The notes under the pieces were generated by a model. The model was not told the origin of the DNA. It searched no databases and saw only the letters and a list, made by a program, of their open reading frames with translations. DNA of 63,500 nt, filler included, from Collodictyon triciliatum (lineage: Eukaryota), in the NCBI GenBank assembly GCA_043381765.1. It is 5 parts of 5 records of this genome, joined end to end, with 100 filler letters (N's around TTAATTAATTAA, not from the genome) between each part and the next. Parts side by side here need not be neighbours in the genome. Positions count along the whole stretch, not along the records: positions 51,311 to 60,449 come from JBHJMP010001596.1; positions 60,550 to 63,500 come from JBHJMP010001656.1; 3 more parts are not named here. One strand, 5' to 3'. This document shows positions 58,797 through 63,500 of this stretch, one piece after another. Positions within the stretch are counted from its first letter, which is position 1. Each line of letters opens with the position of its first letter. A program made the translations under genes and the position numbers.

Positions 58797-60449
58797 GCGA
58801 GACTATGTCTTTGGCTTTCCTCCTGGCGGATCGGTGGGCGTGCTTTGCAGATTCCGACTTGCAGCGACGTGGGGAGAGCCACTGTGTTCCTGTGTGGGTG
58901 GCGCGGAGCAAAAGGCTCAGAGTCGGCTTCGAAGGCAAACAATCTGGTTTCTTTTTCTTTTCTTTTTCCTTTTTTCTTTGCTGAGTGTGCTCCTTGATCC
59001 TGCGAGAGGAGTGAAAAGGGGGGCGGCTATGCGTGCTGACTCGATTGATCGATCTCTATGGGTCTGCTTCGATAAAATGGCGCTTGCCTCTCAAAACCAG
59101 ACTGTTCTCCATGATACACACACGAAACAGAAGCACGATTCCCAATAAATACACGGGAAAAAATTACTCTCCCTCGGTGTTTAAATAATGCAAGGGCGTG
59201 ACGCAACCAACCCGCACCCGAATATATCCCGCTCTTGAAAGAGAATTGACAAAAAAAAAATTTGTGAGAAACAGATAATTTGTGTGTTAGAGAAGTGAAG
59301 AGTGGATCTGCGGGCAGAAAACGAACCGAATTGCTTGGGTAGGAAGCCGTGTGGCTCTTGAGAGAGAACAATCACTTGACTTATTCGTTTCCAGAGGGTA
59401 TTTATATACCCATTAATCTAATTTTTTTTTTGTGACTGTTGTCGTTTACATCGTTATTCGCCGAATATTCCCAATGTGCCCGCGCTCCACTGGGAAACTG
59501 TCCATCTGATTCGATTTTTCCTCTCGAAAATGTGTAGTCCGAAGAAAAAGCACCGAACAGAAACACAAACACACCAAATAGCGCCATCATATTTTCGATA
59601 ATCGACAGAGAATTCTCACTATCCATCCAAATGTGGATAGACAAATTTCTAGCCACGGAAGTTTTCCACATTTGCTGATCGATTTCCGTTACAAGGTTGT
59701 CGTTCTTTCACACAAATAGCATATAATTCGTCACATGACGTATAATTGACGACATCTATCCGCATCAAGAGGAGCCGTTAAATCCAAAATCCTTATTTCA
59801 ATCTGGAAAAGCCATCTTTGTCACAGGGCTTTCCATAACAAGATTAAAATTTTCTGTTTTGGTCAACTACCACGTCACCAATAAATCAGAAACCTCCCTT
59901 ATTAATCGAAACATTTATAATGCACTCTTTGGGAAACCGATGGCAACACCCAATTCAAAATCAAAAATCTTGTTCCGGATACTGTGGTTGATTTTCGTGT
60001 TGATGTCATGCTAGCACAAATCTCAATTCAAAATATAACGATAAATAACAATTCTCAAAATATATTATTATACGCTTATAAATTTTATTAAGAAAATAAA
60101 CGGCGCTTATAACAATTTATATGTAAATTCCACAAATATAATGAATACATCAGGCTTTTGCGGAACACCTCTTCGCCAAAATAAATCAAACAGCAAACAG
60201 GGGACAAAAATCTCGAAAACCAGTTCTTCTACCAAACAAATATCTTTGAAAAGAGGCTACCACCAACACGATAACACCTCGAGAATGGGACTGTTTTATG
60301 TCATTTCCCTTTCTTTTTTTCTTTTTGACAGAAAACTCACAAGACCTCCGACAAAGTTTGGCAGCGGACGTGCTATGGAGACTAAGAGGCAAATCATTTA
60401 TGCATATAACCAATCCTAAATCAGCTCTACCTAAAAAAAAAAAAAAAAA

Positions 60450-60549
60450 NNNNNNNNNNNNNNNNNNNNNNNNNNNNNNNNNNNNNNNNNNNNTTAATTA
60501 ATTAANNNNNNNNNNNNNNNNNNNNNNNNNNNNNNNNNNNNNNNNNNNN
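60450..60549. other. Artificial contig linker
   Basis: TTAATTAATTAA at 60494-60505 within 100-bp N run. Confidence 0.95.
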
Positions 60550-62124
60550 CCGTTCTGTCTCGACATCCGGAAACGCTGCATCTACATCCACCCAGTCTTC
60601 CATATCTATTTCTGTATCTGCATCGACACCTTCGAGCAACGGGATTCCCAGTAACTCTGTCCTATCGGTACGAGGAAACTCACAAAGCGGGTCACTTTCA
60701 ACCCTTTTCCCTCTTGTTTCTGTCGCATCCACCGAAGAAGTATCCAACGAGTCTGGGCAGTATCTATTCATTCAGTCCCAGGAACAAAGCCATATCAGTT
60801 CCCCAAGCGTCCTTCCGAGTTATATCAACTCTCCATCATTTCTTTCTTCGTCCGCTTCTATCCAGCCAGGCTATCCCATTTCCAACGGCTTTCCGCATCA
60901 GTCGCCATCAAAAGGATTCTCTCTTGCCAATCAGATATTCTGCCCAACCAACGCTCCCGGGCTTGCACCATCACCTTCATCGTCTTACAACTCATCCACT
61001 CCGTCCACTCCCATCGTCTCTAATAAGCCGCTTTCCTCTCTCGGTCCAGTCAACTTTTCTCTTGGCTTCGAACATCCTCATCCGAATACAGCTCTAGCCT
61101 CGCAAACATCTGGAGGAAAGGTATCTTTTTATTTCTCTTGATTTCTCTTTTTCATCCTACATCAGTTTCTTTCTGTCCTCAAAAAAAAAAAAAAAGAAGA
61201 AGAAGAAGAAGAAAAAGAAAGGCAAGTTCTGTAGTTAGCTCACGGTAGAATAATTTGATGATACAATAAAACTAGTTATTTCTGTTCTTTAATATTTTTT
61301 CTACCTTTGATCCAGAAAACAAAGAAGCCAAGAGCGCCTGCAACAGATAAACAAACAGCATTACCGAACGTAATTATATTCCACATATCCGTAGATTTCT
61401 AGTATTCGACTTTCCCAAAAGAATTTTCATTATGCCGACTTTACTTTGAAACAAAAATAAAGTTAGCCGAATAATTTTTTAATTTAAACTCATTTTTGAA
61501 GTTTGTGTTCATATGAGAATTATATTACGCTTTCCTATACACTTGGCCCCATCAATTCCGACCTTTATCCCTTGCAACTCACGACTCGATCAATAAGAAG
61601 CAAAGTTCTGTTAAGTATAATACTCAGCCACAGCATAGGTTAAGTCAATCAAATAAAACACTATGCTTTCATCAATAATTGATGATCAACTAAACGCTCA
61701 ATGTAATGTGTATGTTTTTATCTCTTACCAAGATAATTTCCATGCGAATCGCTTTTGAAAGCTAGTCGATACCTAAGATACCCAACTTGTACTCACAATA
61801 ATGTTCACCCTTCTCTAGATTCGTCTGAATGTCTGATAGTGACCCAACACTCCAAACACAAACAAAACCGAAGAAAAAATTACAAAGAAGGCTAGGGAAG
61901 CTGCGGCTGCAGACGCGGCCGCCGCTGCATCTGTGAGTTCGTTGGGTCACCTTCCACACTCTCGTTTTCGCCCATGCCATGAACAGCTTCGTCGCCAGCG
62001 CAGCTACAGCAGCTCAAAGGATTACTCCAGAACGCATCCCAATCAGGGAAATTCATCTTGGAATGCCCCGGTGCCAAAGAAAAATCAAATGGGGGTTATG
62101 TTGTTCCATGAACGTGCACCTTAG
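60550..62124 (+). CDS. 3' part of a Ser/Pro-rich protein of unknown function (5' truncated)
   Basis: Stop-free + frame 60551-61120 (RSVSTSGNAASTSTQSS...SQTSGGK) ending at a GT donor, small exon 61316-61369 (KTKKPRAPATDKQTALPN); later exons and stop are tentative. Confidence 0.5.
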
Positions 62125-63500
62125 TTTCTTTTCTTATGGTATCTATGTTCATTTTATCATTAGAAAGATATTTAATTTTGATATCATACAAACAACGGTA
62201 TAGCTTAATTCAAAAGAAAAAATAGTTTCATTTCCACAACGGACTTTGTTTTTAATGTAAAATTTTAGTGGAGCAGCACATAAATGCCGACAGAAAACGA
62301 ACAGTAAGTTCTTTTCTGTAAAGCCAAAAAATAATAAAAAAAAAAATTTGAAGATTTAACCAGGATATTTCTGGAAAAATTAGAAAGATAGTCCCACGTT
62401 GCGAATGAAGTTCGTGTAACCCTTTTCCCATTTTTCTGCAGGTGGGCGCATAATCAAACATGGTATGATAGCCCGCATTTCTGAGTCAATTGAATGAACC
62501 GGATGGAAGGTTCTCTGATTTGTCTATTCTCTGACCAAAGTTTTGGCAACTGTGAACAAATGGCAAACTCCACATTCGATGTTTTCAGAAATATGCTATC
62601 CAATACCACCAACATTTAATGTATTAACGTCTGAATGCAGTAAAACATACGAGTTACCTGGATATCAAAACTTGCTGAATAGAGTGAGAAATGCAATGTC
62701 ACGCAGCAGAAGTCTGGGTGAGTAATGAAACCAGAACCATCCACATCTGCGTCCTTACTTTTTTATCTAATTATCGAATTTCTTGTCAATATTCAGCTGG
62801 TACTTTTGTGACATCATACAAAAGCCGTGGGTAAATATAAAGTGACCTTTTTCTTTCAAATTTTGCAACATTATTATAAGGCTTCAAAGGTGTCAGTGAA
62901 GAAGGCTTGTACTTTGATGTATCGTGCACTAGAGGTAATACGTCTCAGGAAAAAAAGTTCGTAAGCAAGAATATAATGTTTTCGTCTACAAGAAATAAGG
63001 CTTCCTTTAATTAATTTTCTATCCCTTTCTTCATGTATGCCAAACTTTCATTTAGAGGACCGAATGAAAGATATTCTGTTACGATGCATAACAATATGTT
63101 CCCCGCACCTTTACCCAAATCCGTAGTTTGAATCACAGGCCACGTCCACTCCACTGCACACACAATAACTGCAGCAAACAACTTTCTGATCCAAAGTGTA
63201 TCAGGTGCAAGCGATTCTTTTGCGGACCAACCACTAACAACTGCAAACGTCCCCCTAAATACAGCAGCTCTCATCCTCTTCATTAACATACCATCAAAAT
63301 CTTCAGTCCCCGCGAAATCCTTCTGTCCCAAGCATTCCACCAAGCGTCACCTCGCCCAGTTGTTGATCTTTTTTGGATGCTTAAGTACAGTAAGGTCACG
63401 GAAAATTTTTCGATAGCTATTAGTATTTAGTTATCAGCCGGAACATCACCTCGGTACAAAGCCCTATGCAGTCTAATACAAATGGACCGAATGCAATCAG

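Noticed and set aside
57106-59148. Long + strand and alternative-frame ORFs over the cyclin gene
   Set aside because: Antisense/shifted shadows of GC-rich sequence plus N gap; only the minus frame has cyclin motifs.
59402-59980. Possible decayed coding or mobile-element fragment
   Set aside because: Frames examined are interrupted and no family motif was recognised.
62250-63500. Possible multi-exon gene on the minus strand (short exon-like pieces such as YRKIFRDLTVLKHPKKINNWA, HISENIECGVCHLF)
   Set aside because: Could not assemble a consistent phase-compatible model or assign a family; may be real but is unsupported.

Overview
Intron-rich eukaryotic (protist-like, possibly amoebozoan; inference only) genomic DNA with AT-rich introns and many microsatellites. 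The window is five contigs joined by artificial 100-bp linkers (N44-TTAATTAATTAA-N44), so genes on either side of a linker need not be neighbours. Host genes reconstructed by reading exons: signal-peptide ankyrin-repeat protein; a very large LRR + ~13 doublecortin(DCX)-like repeat protein; an ammonium transporter with an N-terminal EGF-like module; a STAND(NB-ARC-like)-TPR-FYVE protein; SNF2/BRM remodeler; BAR-RasGAP; MINPP1-like histidine phosphatase; LRR-PP2C; TOE1; tRNA-Cys(GCA); ERG2/sigma-1 family protein; PHO80-like cyclin; and a Ser/Pro-rich partial gene. The standout is an apparently intronless, decayed Fanzor1-type (eukaryotic TnpB-like RNA-guided nuclease) gene at ~43.6-45.5 kb. It retains all three RuvC acidic residues and both CxxC pairs, is followed by a hairpin-rich candidate omegaRNA ending in CTAG, and is preceded by a giant-virus-like AAAATTGA motif. 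All family assignments come from motif recognition by eye, not database searches, and exon boundaries are approximate.
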